From positions 116,314,001-116,378,000 of the forward strand of contig NC_058373.1 of assembly GCF_018350175.1 (NCBI RefSeq): a DNA stretch of 64,000 nt, written 5' to 3'. The translations under genes were made by a program, and so were the position numbers. The notes under the pieces were generated by a model that saw nothing but the letters and a program-made list of their open reading frames with translations, did not search any database and was not told the origin of the DNA. This DNA is from Felis catus. Taxonomy: Eukaryota. Below, piece by piece: positions 13,203-27,609 of this stretch; positions within the stretch are counted from its first letter, which is position 1; every line of letters begins with the position of its first letter.

Positions 13203-13435
13203 TTTTTTTTTTTTTTTTTTTTTAATTTTTTTTTCAACGTTTTTATTTATTTGTGGGAGAGAGACAGAGCATGAACGGGGGAGGGGCAGAGAGAGAGGGA
13301 GACACAGAATCCGAAGCAGGCTCCAGGCTCCGAGCCATCAGCCCAGAGCCCGATGCGGGGCTCGAACTCACGGACCGCGAGATCGTGACCTGGCTAAAGT
13401 CGGACGCTTAACCGACTGCGCCACCCAGGCACCCC
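13203..13435 (-). mobile_element. Young Can-SINE (SINEC_Fc) inside Tigger1
   Basis: Perfect 16-bp TSD gtctcttgctatttct (13187-13202, 13437-13452); pure T tail; CpGs intact. Confidence 0.96.
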
Positions 13436-13784
13436 TGTCTCTTGCTATTTCTACCACATCTTCAGTGACTTTCTCCACTGCAGTCTTGAATCCTCAGGGT
13501 CATCCATGAGTGTTGGAATCAACTTCCAAACTTCTGTTAATATTGATATTTTGACCTCTTTCCACGAATTGCAAATGTCCTTAATGGCATCTAGAATAGT
13601 GAATTCTTTCTGAAGGTTTTTCGGTTTGCTTTGCCCAAATCCATCAGAGCAATCAATGTCTATGGCAGCTATAGCCTTATAAAATGTATTTCTTAAATAA
13701 GACTTGAAAGTCAAAATTATTCCTTGAATCCTCACGGGCTACAGAATAGATGTTGTTTGTAGGCACTGTCAATGAGCAGTAGTA

Positions 13785-13996
13785 TTTTTTTTTAATCTTT
13801 TTAATTTATTTTTTTTGAGAGAGACACAGCAAGCTGGGAAGGGGCAGAGAGAGAGAGGGAGACAGAATCCGAAGCAGGCTCCAGGCTCCAAGCTATCAGC
13901 ACAGAGCCTGACATGGGGCTCGAACTCACAAACTGTGAGATCATAACCTGAGCCTAAGTTGGACACTTAACTGACTGAGCTGCCCAGGTGTACCCC
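13785..13996 (-). mobile_element. Can-SINE inside Tigger1
   Basis: TSD aatgagcagtagta/aacgagcagtagta. Confidence 0.92.
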
Positions 13997-15305
13997 AACG
14001 AGCAGTAGTATTTTCGAAAGGAATCTCTTTTTCTGAGCAGTAGGCCTCAACATTGGACTTAAAATATTCAGTAGACTATGTCATGAATAAATGTGTCATC
14101 CAGGCTTTGTTGTTTCACTTGGAGAGCACAGGTAGAGTAGATTTAGCATCATCCTGAGGGGCCCTAGGATTTTCACAATGGTCAGTGAGCATTGGCATCA
14201 ACTTAGAGTCATCAGCTGTGTTAGCCCCTAACAAGAGAGTTTTGAGGCTTTGTAGCCAGGCATTGACTTCTCTCTAGCTATGAAAGTCCTAGATGGCATC
14301 TTCTTCCAATAAATGGCTATTTCATCCACATTGAAAATCTGTTGGTTACTGGAGCCACCTTCATGAATTATCTTAGCTGGATCTTCTGGAGAACTTGCTG
14401 CAGCTTCTACATATGCACTTGCTGTCTCACCTTGCACTTTCATGTTGTGGAGATGGCTTCTTTCCTTAAACTTCCTGAACCGACCTCTGCTGGCTTCAGA
14501 CTTTTCTTCTGCAGCTTCGTCACCTCTCAGCCTTCCCAGAATTGCAGAGCGTTAGGACCTTGCTCTGGATTAAGTTTTGGCTTAAGGGAATGCTGTGGCT
14601 AGTTTGATCTTCTTTGCAGACCACGCAGACTTTCTCCATGTCAGCAATAAGGCTGTACTTTCTTATCATTCATACGTTCACTGGAGCAGCACTTTTAATT
14701 TGCTCCAAGAACTTTTCCTTTGCAGTCACAACTTGGCTAATGCTTGGCACAAGAGGCCTAGCTTTTGGCCTGTCTTGGCTTTCAACATGCCTTCCTCATG
14801 AAACTTAATAATTTCTAGCCTGTGGTTTAAAATGAGAGATGTGTGATTCTTCCTTTGACTTGAACATTTAAAGAGCATTGTAGAGTTATCGGCCTAATTT
14901 TAATCGTAAGGAATAGAGAGGCCCGAAAGGAGGGAGAGAGGTGGGGGAACAGTGGATCAGTGGAGCAGTCAGAGCACGCACATTTATTGGTCACGTTTGC
15001 CATCTTACATTGGTCCAGTTTTTGTTATCCCCAAATACAACAATAGCATCAAAGGTCACTGATCATAGATCACTGTAACAAATACAATTATAATGAAAAA
15101 GTATTAAATATTGCAAGAATTACCAAAATGTGACAGATGCTGTTGGAAAAGGGTGCTGATAGACGTGCTCAGTGCAGAGTTGCCACAGACCTTCAATTTG
15201 TAAACAAAGAAAAAAACCAAGAAGAACCCCAGTATCTACCAAGTGCTGTAAAGTAAAGTTTATTAAAATGAGGTATGCCTGTATTTTGTACACTAGATGA
15301 TGTGA

Positions 15306-15470
<165 letters not shown>

Positions 15471-16155
15471 TAAGTACAGTACTCCTCTCATCTATGTTTA
15501 ACCACTAGCGGCTGTCATAGGCAGTGTCTTCAGACATTGATCAAGTAACAAATAATCGAGTGTCTCAGTGCAGTGCACTGTAAGATAAAAAAGTGAGGTG
15601 AAATTCCTGAACATCTGTTCCTGCTCTTGTATATCACTACTCTAGACATCTTATTGTCAACTAATATTTTATGAAAGAACATTTATTGAATAAGGTTCAT
15701 TTCTGTTATTAGATGGTCAATTTGAGAGATGTCTGTTTTTGTGTACTGTATAAACCAGACTATGTAGGTGGTCACTTGCCTATACGGTCATCGTATAGGC
15801 CTACACACTAGACTAGGTACGTGTTGTTGGGTAAGCGTTAATACATGTTTTTTATGTGCTAAATGCTATTACTATTAAAGCAATACAAATATTAAGAAAC
15901 TGGAGAACCATATATTAGAAATGCTATGCTGTTATTTATTTTTTTAAGTGTGCTTATTTATATAAAGAAATAAGAATCATAATACATATTGTTAAAAGGG
16001 AATATAAGAGTTTATTTTAGGATGTGATTTGCTTGGTGTATAAATCATTTTTAGAAGTTTACTTTGGATGTAAATGTATCGTAAGCATAGTAAATGAAAT
16101 AGTGATTTTTCTGAAGTTAGTAGATTTTCTGAAGTTTTCAGCCATTGATTGATGA

Positions 16156-16368
<213 letters not shown>

Positions 16369-17634
16369 TGAAAGGAATATCCCTATCGGTAAAAAGTAGC
16401 TCCCTAAGTAATATAGCATTTAGTGAGGATTCTGCTTGCATTCCATTTGCTTCACTGTCTTTTAAGTAATATCTTTCTTCAATCAACCAGTCATTTAGAA
16501 GCATAGTAGAATCCCTAACCAATCTTACTCACTACGATCCATAAAGGACGTGTTTCTTGCTATATAGCTAGGAAGATAAGATTAAGTTACATAGAAAATT
16601 TAGAGAAACACCACTAGCTGTGTATTTTTAAATCATTGGATCTTCCAAAAGTGGATGTGGTTTTGAATAATCCTAGAAATAGATGTGGTAATAATTGCAC
16701 TGGGCTGTGGGCTGCTAGATAGATGGAGGGAGGAAATAACCTGATAGCTGAATGAAGATGGTAAATACTGAAGGCAGTGAGGCCGTGTGGGAGGAATCAG
16801 AAATTAGTTTCATGGTGACATTTGCAGAATACTCTGAAAATTACAAAATGCTTCTGAGATTTATTATCCACCCATAAGAGAGGTACTTTTAGTCCTTTTA
16901 CAAATGAGATGACAAAATCTGGGTCTTCTGCCTCCCATTCCAAGAATCTTTTTGCTGAACCATACTACCTTTCTCAATGAAATAAGTTGTGCAATCAGAT
17001 TATTTATAAATTAGAGTTTAGATTTCATGTTAACGCTGACCACATACAAAGGACTTTGACATATATTATCCCATTTGATAGGTAACAGAGAGCTGAAGCA
17101 TATGAGCAGCTACAAAACACAATGAAAGCCCAATTTTAGGCAAGTTAGCCTGGTCAGCTACATTGGGATGACTTGGGGAAGAGAGAACCCAAAGGTATGG
17201 AGAACAGTTTAAGAGACTGTGACAGTAATTGAGATGTGATAGAGGTCTAACCTAGGATGGGAACAGTACAAGTGGAAAACGTTAATCTGAACAGGTTTTA
17301 GTGATAGTCCATTTCAAAATATTGTGCTAAATGTTGTACTAAGTAGCTTCTAGAATATTGCAGTATTATGTTTGCTCGGTCACTAATTTGTATGCATTTT
17401 TATCATTTATTTCCTCTTCTAGTGAGCATGGTTAACCAAAGGAGGAAGCCAGAAAGTTAATCAAAGAATTGTTTGTATAAAGAAGCATGTGGTTTCTCAC
17501 AAATTTAAATATTTAGACTGGAAATTGTAGGGCATCTTAGTATACTGTTGGGGGAAAAAGTGAAAGTTGCAATAAAATAGAAACAGTCTATGAAATAGTC
17601 TTAACTTGAATTAGTTTGGATTTTCTTAATACTT

Positions 17635-17750
17635 TCATTTGTTAAGCAAATTGCTCTTGAGAGCACGCAGTGTTCCACAGCTGTTCTAGATGCTGAGGCT
17701 ACATCAGTGAACAAAATAGAGAACGCTCTGCCCTTAAGGGGTTTGCATTA
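17635..17750 (-). mobile_element. L2 3' end remnant
   Basis: ctgttctagatgctgaggctacatcagtgaacaaaatag...ctgccctt is typical antisense L2 terminus. Confidence 0.55.
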
Positions 17751-18915
17751 GTAAGGTTAGTTGATAGAATTTAACAATGATAGTAAGCAAGTAATTTTTA
17801 AGAGATTTCTAGATATAGTTTTTAAGATATCATTGTAAGATGCACCATCAATTTAATAATCTTACAAGAAAAAAATTACTGTGAATGTATACAGAAATTT
17901 TTATCCACTACCCACTTATCCATGTAATTGCATATCATTTTTTCCTCAGTGTTACAGTCAAAATTTGAGTTCAGTCTGTTTCATATTTAGAATCTGAAGT
18001 TTTCTGAATCACTGCTTTTAGACCATGAATAATGGCATCTTGATAATACACACACTGCTTTTACTTCCTGACATCCTGATCACGTTAATATCAAGGATTA
18101 CCGGCATAAATTTGAGTCACGGAGAAGAATGCAGGAGTTCATCTGCTTTTTCTAATTGGTTGAAGTTGAGGTTTCTTTGTTTTTAATTGGGAGTTAAACA
18201 GGTTCATTTGCAAATTAACTGAAATCGTTCAGTTAATTGAGGTGCTTGATGCCTGAATCATGGCACCAAGTTAGTCTGAACCTCTTGTTTTTAAGATTCT
18301 TTGTCTGTTTTGTGAATTGGACCTTGCATTGCCTGCCATGCAGAGGCAATTTTGGACAAACACAGTAATTCTGTTTCAGTGTTGAAGACGTGTTCAACAA
18401 CAAAACAAATACTAATTTACATAAAATTAAGACGTGTGTTGTGTTTCCATTGACCATACCAATTGAGGTTATGATCAGATGCCTGATATGCACTACTAAA
18501 TCCTTAGGCGAATAGGCAGTGACAACTGTATTACAACTTTATTTCCTGCCTGGCTGGTTTCAAATTTCTTCTGACATTGCATTTAAAACATACTCTGTTT
18601 CCAAAGCACTACAATTTGAGGAGAATGTGTCTTAGGGATAAAAATATGTATGAATTACTTAAGCTTTGCGAACATCTAAATGTCCTACCTTTTTTTAATT
18701 TTGCTTGTAGTAGTAGTAATATAGCCAATAGAGGGCATAGAATTTTTTTTAACAGATGAAACACAAATCCATAAATCAGCTAGCTGTCTTTACTTAAGTA
18801 TATATTCAGTGTTTTGGCAGTTGATTTCTCTTTTCCTTTTATGCAAATGGCAAATATTTTCAGTGCCATTTTCTTATAGGAAAAAAATATATTTTAAAGG
18901 TCTTTCATTTTCTAA

Positions 18916-20091
<1,176 letters not shown>

Positions 20092-20640
20092 TGAGTACAA
20101 TAAAGCATTTGAAAGCCAATTTTATCTATTTTTTACTAGGAAAAACTATCAACAGCATTATCATAAATATTTCATGGTTAATAATTTTTGTGTTGAAATA
20201 TTTTGCTAAAACTTTATAAATACTCTTGAAGTTTCAAAATCACATAAAATTAGAAGAGTCAGAGTAACTGTTCTATATTTTCTCTGCCATTTTTCCTGAG
20301 ATTTTTTAAAAACCTAGTTCTTGGTGAATATATTCCTTTTTCTGTCTTTTTTCTTTTAATGCTATTTCTTGGAGTTCCATATTAATACAGCTCTGAAACT
20401 TTATGCTATACAATGTTATGTCATTATAGCAGTCATAACTAGTTATCTCATAGTTTCCTGAGAAATATCTATTTGTAGAGCTAAATTTTCTATAGATTAC
20501 ATCGGGTTTCTCATGAGCAGAACTTTTTAATGACCATCTCTGTGCATAAAGTATTTTCTCCATTTAGATTTAGTTTCTTTGGCTAGCTGTTTCATCTGAT
20601 GCCTGCTAACTATCCTTATGTGTAATCTCTCCAAACTTAC

Positions 20641-20815
20641 TTCCTTTCTTCCTTTCTTCCTTTCTTCCTTTCTTCCTTTCTTCCTTTCTTCCTTTTTTCC
20701 TTTCCTTTCCTTTCCTTTCCTTTCCTTTCCTTTCCTTTCCTTCTTCCTTCCTTCCTTCCTTCCTTCCTTCCTTCCTTCCTTCCTTCCTTCCTTCCTTCCT
20801 TCCTTCCTTCCTTCC
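20641..20815. repeat. Compound polypyrimidine microsatellite (TTCCTTTC)n/(TTTCC)n/(TTCC)n
   Basis: 175-nt pure pyrimidine tract. Confidence 0.95.
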
Positions 20816-21156
20816 GGAAAGATTATCCAAAAGGGGAATTACTGAGTCACGGAACCTAAACATTTTAAAGGCGTTTAACATGTATTGACATTGATTCAAA
20901 AAGAGCTTATACTAATTTGTAATTCTATGGGCCATCTCCATGACTGCGTCTTTTCTCTCTACACTTTCACACATCAGTGCACCTAATAGGTGAAAATAGT
21001 GGTCTCACCTTTTAAACAGTGGACTAGCTTGTGGATTGGAAGCTTTTGCTCTGGTCTTTTATCTAAAACCACACTTGGTGTGTCTCTTTTTGATGAATTT
21101 CTGTGTTACTAATGTTCTCAGGCAATTTAATTTTGGTCCAAAATATTGTCTGTGGC

Positions 21157-22531
21157 AGCAGTTTTGGTCTCAGAACCCCTTTACTCTCTTCACAGTTATT
21201 GAAATGTCAGGAGTTTTTGTTGACACAGGATTTATCTACAGATACTTACTGTGTTAGAAATCAAAACTCAGAAAAATTCATATGTTTATTAGTTTAAAAA
21301 TAGCAACAATAAACCCATTATGTGTTAATATAAATAACAGTTTTTAATGAAAATTACTGTAATTTCTATACCAGCAAAAAAATCAGTGAGAAGAGTGTCA
21401 CTGTTTTTGTAGTTTTATAAATCTCTTTAATGTCTGGCTCAGTAAAAGACAGCTGGATTCTCATAACTGCTTCTGCAACCAATCTGTTGTTGCAATATGT
21501 TGTTTTGGTTGAATTATATGGAGAAAATCTGGCCTCGCACAGACACAGAGCTGGAAAAGAAAGAAGTATTTTAATAGCCTTTTTAAACAATTGTGGATAT
21601 TTCTCTTTGATCTTTCACTAGAAGTCAACACATGGTAGTTTCCTAAAGATTAGTTGCAATATGGAGTCTTAAAACCATATCTGTTGTTGGGGAAGAAGAA
21701 TTTCCTCTACCCTTCAAGATCCTTCTAGCTCAACTAAGAATCAAATTGACATGAGACAGATGAACAGGAGGAAATCAAATTTAATAGTGTGCATATGTGG
21801 AATCCACACAGATGTGGAAATTCCAGAGACATGTAACGTGATACTTACATGAGCTAAGGAGAGAGGTAAGGGTCTTAGGATACAAAGGGGAGAAGATCAT
21901 TAATAAGAAGGTGAAAGGAGGTGTAAGGAATGTGTTTGTTGGTAAGCTCTCAGACTCATAGTAAATATACATTTTCCCAAATTCTGATTTTTGCTGAAAA
22001 ACTTGAATTATGTTATTGGCAACAGGACAGACTCACTTCCTTCATTTTTGAGAAATGTCTGTCAAGTATGCAAGTCTGAATAATCACAGTAAAAGTGATG
22101 TTCCATGAAAAAAAAAAAAGTACCAAGTGCAGCTTGCAATTCAAACAGTGGCACAAATGCAATCCCTTGAGACAACCATCACACAATATGAAAAAGACCT
22201 ATACTGAGGAGGTGTGATTTAATAAAACTAATTTTTTTATTGCTTCATTAAAGACATTTTCAATTGAAATGTGAATTTTTGTTTTATTGTTTTTTCTTGT
22301 GCATGTGTGGCAGTAAAAAATACAGTTTGATACCACTGCTTTGATTCAAGTTGAAGTGCTGGTAGTCATACCCACCGTTACTTTTGCACCATCAATGCAC
22401 TTGTCGACATGGTGAAAAAAGTCAGTGACAGCTCAAGATTGTTATGAAAATCATTTTGATCTGGAAAACTGCCTGAAAGGGTCTTGAGGCCCCTGCTTCC
22501 AGTTCTGTGGACCACATTTTAGGAACGACTG
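21157..22531 (-). mobile_element. Charlie1a-like hAT DNA transposon fossil, interrupted by an LTR-like insert
   Basis: Right end read on minus (cagtcgttcctaaaatgtggtcc...agaccctttcagg...tcaaaatgattttcataac) resembles the Charlie1a 5' end. Minus remnant KILLSFPALCLCEARFS resembles the hAT dimerisation region. Confidence 0.7.
21686..21960. mobile_element. LTR-like fragment (probably carnivore ERV1) inserted in Charlie1
   Basis: Starts tgttggggaagaagaatttcctctaccctt and interrupts the Charlie homology; right end approximate. Confidence 0.45.
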
Positions 22532-22885
22532 TTCTAAAGAACACTGTACCATTGGACATTAATAGATGTACCTTCCCCTTGCAAAAATGTTTCATGCACT
22601 GTATATCTCTAAGAACTATATATGGTACACATTTTTAATCAGTTTTTTTTTTTTGCATTAAACTCATTAATGTCTTTCTACCCACTGTTCAACTTAACAT
22701 GATAGGAGATAACTGCTGTGTTTATGTATAATGAAGGTGGGAGAGTAAAAAACCTTACCCCTAAACTACACTACTGAGGAGTTTTAGCAATATGCCAATC
22801 ATAGATTTTTCTCAGAGATATACATAAAGTGATAATACTTAACTTCAATTATATGGTTTTCTCCTTTTTAATTAAGGCTTAGTAA

Positions 22886-22987
<102 letters not shown>

Positions 22988-23089
22988 TAAAGAAGCAAGT
23001 CTAAGAAATGTGTTATTTATATATATTTCGCTTCCTAACTGATCGGGAATCCTCTGTCAGTTCCAAATTGTCATTTTTCAAAGACTATA

Positions 23090-23330
23090 CAGTAAAACCT
23101 TGGTGTGTGAGCATAATTCATTCCAGAAACATGCTTGTGATCCAAAGCACTTGTATATCAGAGTGAATTTCAAGAACCATTGGCTCAGTTGTGATCATGT
23201 GACATTTGGCGTCATGTACTGCTTATATCGTAAGACATCTCTCGTTTATCAAGTTAAAATTTATTAGAAATGTTTGCTCGTCTTGTGGACTACTCGCAGA
23301 ATAAGTTACTCATGGTCCAAGGTTTTACTG
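23090..23330. mobile_element. 241-bp MITE of Tc1/mariner-pogo type
   Basis: Perfect 14-bp terminal inverted repeats CAGTAAAACCTTGG (23090-23103) and CCAAGGTTTTACTG (23317-23330); left flank TA, right flank TC; no ORF. Confidence 0.82.
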
Positions 23331-24164
23331 TCTATCCTTTGCTTTTTGTTCTGCTTTAGCAAAGTATATGTGAATTCGAGTATCTACAATGTATATACCC
23401 ATCTTTTATAAAGTGCACTTTAAGAATGCTCAGAGGAATTAAAAATGCCATTGAAAGATATTGTCTTCCAGAGGTTAAAAAGTAGAATAGTTAAACTGGT
23501 CAAGTGTATCAAAGAATATGCAATCTGACCAATAGGTATATTTATTAATATATTTGTTTCCCCTGCTTCCCTGAATATTTAGGTAAATATTCATTTAATT
23601 TCATTTAGTTTATTGTGTATAAAGATGTCATGTGAGGGAACCATTCGAGACAGAGCTTCAGTACGTGGTATTTGGGTGGTGGTACCATTATCTAAAGTCT
23701 GGCTCCTTAGTTTTGTCATTGGGGAAACATCCTTTTGTCAGCCCACCTGCTAGTAATTGGACACATAGAGGGTGAATCTCACTAATCCAACTGTAAGAAA
23801 TTAACCAGAATTCCAATGTATTAATTTAATAAAAGAAATCTAACTCAAAGGTAGACTGAAGTGTTTGTATCCATTTGACTCTCAGATTCCTTCAAATACT
23901 CTGTCTACTTGAGAAACCTAATTAATAATCAAATGGTTTTTGTAACTCTAAAATTGGATTACGTAGGACTAGTTACTTGATAATAACGACTGTTGTCACC
24001 ACATACTGGTAGATAAAACAGCCATCTCAGCTCTATGTGCTTGGAATACGTCCTTGTGTAAGGGGCTTGGAATTCTCATGATGCAAATGATGCCATTGTG
24101 TATGTTAAAAAAGGCCAAATCCTGAATTAATATGCATGCTTTTTTTTTTAACTTTAAAAAAATG

Positions 24165-24363
24165 TTTTAAAGATTTTATATTATTTTTAAAGTTTATTTA
24201 TTTATTTTGAAAGAGACAGAGCACGAGCAGGGGAGAGGCAGAGAGAGAGAGAGAGTCCCAAGCAGGCTCCATGCTCAGCGAGGAGCCCCGATGCAGGGCT
24301 CAGTCCCACCTGAGGTGATGTCAAGAATTTGGGGCTCAGCTGACTGAGCCACCCAGGCACCCC
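24165..24363 (-). mobile_element. Can-SINE
   Basis: Body and head motifs; degenerate TSD taactttaaa/taactctaaa. Confidence 0.88.
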
Positions 24364-24411
24364 TGTAACTCTAAATTCTGAACCTCTTCTCATTACCCTG
24401 TTTCATTTTTA

Positions 24412-24652
24412 TTTTTTTTATTATTTTTTTTTAAATTTTTTTTCAACGTTTTTTTATTTATTTTTGGGACAGAGAGAGACAGAGCATGAACGGGGGAGGG
24501 GCAGAGAGAGAGAGAGAGACACAGAATCGGAAACAGGCTCCAGGCTCTGAGCCATCAGCCCAGAGCCCGACGCGGGGCTCGAACCCATGGACCGCGAGAT
24601 CGTGACCTGGCTGAAGTCGGACGCTTAACCGACTGCGCCACCCAGGCGCCCC
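24412..24652 (-). mobile_element. Young Can-SINE (SINEC_Fc)
   Basis: CpGs intact; same diagnostic motifs (gccatcagccc, tttcaacgttt) as the 3165 and 13203 copies; TSD tcattttta. Confidence 0.95.
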
Positions 24653-24792
24653 TCATTTTTAAATAGAAATTGTTAGGGTATTAATATTATTTTTCTTGTC
24701 AAAAAAAAATTCCCTAACTAGAAATTAGCTTTAATATTTTTAACAATCTTGTTGACGTGACAGAGATGTAGGGTAAAGTGTAACATTTTTAA

Positions 24793-25119
<327 letters not shown>

Positions 25120-25184
25120 TGAAAAGAGTTGTTAAAAGAACAATTTTTAGATACTCTTCCAAATTTCACATTTAGAGAAGAATC

Positions 25185-25391
25185 TTTTTTTTTTAAGTTT
25201 ATTTATTTTGAGAGAGAAAGAGAAATGCACATAAGCACAAGTAGGGGAGAGGCAGAGAGAGAAAACTAAGCAGGCTCCACTCTGTCAGTGGAGAACCCCA
25301 ATGCAGGACACGAACTCATGAACCGTGAGATCATGCCCTAAGCCAAAATCGAGAGTTAGATGCTTAACCAACTGAGCCACCTGGGTGCCCC
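25185..25391 (-). mobile_element. Can-SINE
   Basis: TSD agagaagaatc. Confidence 0.9.
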
Positions 25392-25726
25392 AGAGAAGAA
25401 TCATTTTTGTGGTATGCCAAAATATGTAAAGGTAGCATCATTTGTGTATAACTGACTATGTTCCTGGTGATGTTGAGTTTCTGTTGCTTTCTGCTTGCTG
25501 TCTTGTCATTTTCTTTGTGAGAAGTTGCATATATTTGTTAGATGGCTAGCAGCATCTAGAATGCTGTATTGTGTGAGGCATAGAGTAGCCAACCAGGTAC
25601 TTTCAGGTAGACACCATGCCTTTGTCCTCAACAAATGTTTGTTTTGAAGTGAAGCTCCCATAACATCAAAACAGTTTTAAAGGGAACAAGTCAATGGCAT
25701 TTAGTGCATTCACAGTGTTGTACAAC

Positions 25727-26255
25727 TATTAGAGTAGGCAGTTGGTTAGGTTCAAGCAGGATGCCTGGAGGTCAGTAAAGAAGAAGCCAGGGCTGGCTGT
25801 CTGGAAAGTCAGAGGCCTGTCCTGGCAGGATCTCAAAACAAAGCCACAAGAAGCCCGAACAAACCAGATAGGCCCAAGATGACTGACAAAACAGGCCAGT
25901 GACCCCCGACCAAATATGAAAAAAAAGTGTGAAACCTTGCTTTCAAGAAAACCCCACCTCAAGTAATGAATATTCCTCCCCCAAGTTAACACCTGTCATT
26001 AAGTGATAGAAACCCAACCCCCTGCAGGTGCAGTCTCTTGCTCGTTCTCTCTCTGTCTCTCTCTCTTGCGTTTGCCCACTCAAATCTCATGAGTGTACTT
26101 CTGCTTTAATGAACTTTCTTGTGTTGCTCATCTGCTGTGTTGTGCCTGTCCTCGAATTCTTTGTGGTGACAAGACCAAGAGCCTTCAGCCACATCTTTGG
26201 GACATGTTGGGTTGAGGCCTCAGGACCTGGAGTCTCCCCGTTTCATCCATCTACA
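25727..26255 (+). mobile_element. ERV1-class solo LTR (529 bp) inserted in an old L1M 3' fragment
   Basis: Begins tattagagtaggcag (TG decayed to TA), ends ctaca; 4-bp TSD caac. The flanking L1 text (gtgttgtacaac|catcgcctct) rejoins when the insert is removed. Confidence 0.75.
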
Positions 26256-27415
26256 CAACCATCGCCTCTGTCTTGTTCAAAGCATTGTCATCACCACAAA
26301 TAAAACCTCACACCCATTAAGCAGTTACTCCCTATTCCCCTACCAGCCCTCAACAATTTTGTATAACGACACATGAAGCTGTTTCTACACAGAAAATCAT
26401 GTGTTCAGAAACATACCAACTTGATGTTATCGACTGCTATAAGTTGAATATTTTGTAAACATGAATAAAAACTTGTTTTATAGGAATTGAGGAAAGTCGT
26501 ATTAATGTGTAGCTTTTCAATCTAGGGAACATTTGAACTTGAGAGTTTTTAGAGAGAACATCCAAGCTGTGTTTTGATCTACGCTAAGAAGTGCCTTGCA
26601 TGCTTTTGAGTTGAAATGGGAAATAAGAAAGCATTTGACTAGATAGAGGATCAAATCAGGTTTATACTCTATAGCTTTATTTCTACCCTGGTATTGAATC
26701 AGAAGGTTTGGACCTTTGTTAGGTAATATCTTTGCTAATGGAGCAAGTGCTTTTCTAAAATTATTCCATTCACTGAAAGTAAGATTGTACTTGTGTGACA
26801 CTCAAATTAAGGCACTAAATGTTGATGTTTGTTATTCATTTATGTTGTTTGGCATCCAATCTCTCTCTTTCAAAATGTCCTATTCTTGTTTTATGATTTG
26901 TTTCTGCCTCTCCAACAGAGCCCAAGACCTTAATTCCATCTCTCTAGAGTCTTATCTAATGTTCAGAACTAACCCAACTAAACTCATCCAAAAGTCAGCA
27001 CCCCCTCACCACGACACCTACTACTGCCATGACCTTAACTTTTTAAAAAGAATTCACCTTTCTTTTTTAACTTTTTTGTTTTTTTAAACAAATGTGTGTG
27101 GGGAGGATATTTTATCTAGCATTTCTGTATGTGTGAGTCAGAAGGGGGTCCTTCTTAGGATCTGCTAATTTCACCATAGTGGTCAGAAACTCTCCAAATC
27201 AGAAATTGATCCAAATTCTCACTCTTCCAACTTTCACTCTCTGGTACCAAGTAGATTCAAATAAAATTTCGGACAGATTTTTTTACCATTCAGACTCTCA
27301 CTATTTGCCAAACAAAACTCAAACTTATGTGGGAACATAGTATGTCTTACCATCTGAATTTGTGCTGGATTTGGATAGCAAGAGATACCTATAATTCTTT
27401 ACTCAGCCATAGTGA

Positions 27416-27589
27416 TTTTTTAAAAATGCTTATTTATTTGGGGGAGGGAAGAGAGAGAGAGGGAGAGAGAGAATCCCAAGCAGGCTTCACGCTGGCAGAC
27501 ACAGGGCTCGATATCATGAACTGTGAGATCATGACCTGGGCCGGTATCAGGAGTCGGACACTCAACTGACCGAGTCACCTAGGTGCCCC
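27416..27589 (-). mobile_element. Can-SINE
   Basis: gaatcccaagcaggct...gagatcatgacctgggcc...aggtgcccc; TSD tgattttt. Confidence 0.88.
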
Positions 27590-27609
27590 ACTGATTTTTT
27601 CTTTACAGG

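Larger units (their letters stand above)
12507..15281 (-). mobile_element. Near full-length Tigger1-type (pogo) DNA transposon with decayed transposase, interrupted by two SINEs
   Basis: TA-flanked termini (t)cggcatacct ... aggtatgcctg. Minus-strand remnants [28 protein letters not shown]...[34 protein letters not shown] and TFKSYLRNTFYKAIAAID resemble Tigger1/TIGD1 transposase. Confidence 0.92.

Noticed and set aside
13451..14443. Transposase ORFs as a domesticated TIGD-like gene
   Set aside because: Short, frameshifted and interrupted by SINEs inside a Tigger1 fossil.
20606..20899. KEGR-repeat ORF and its Phe/Leu/Pro/Ser-rich antisense ORF
   Set aside because: Translation of the microsatellite.
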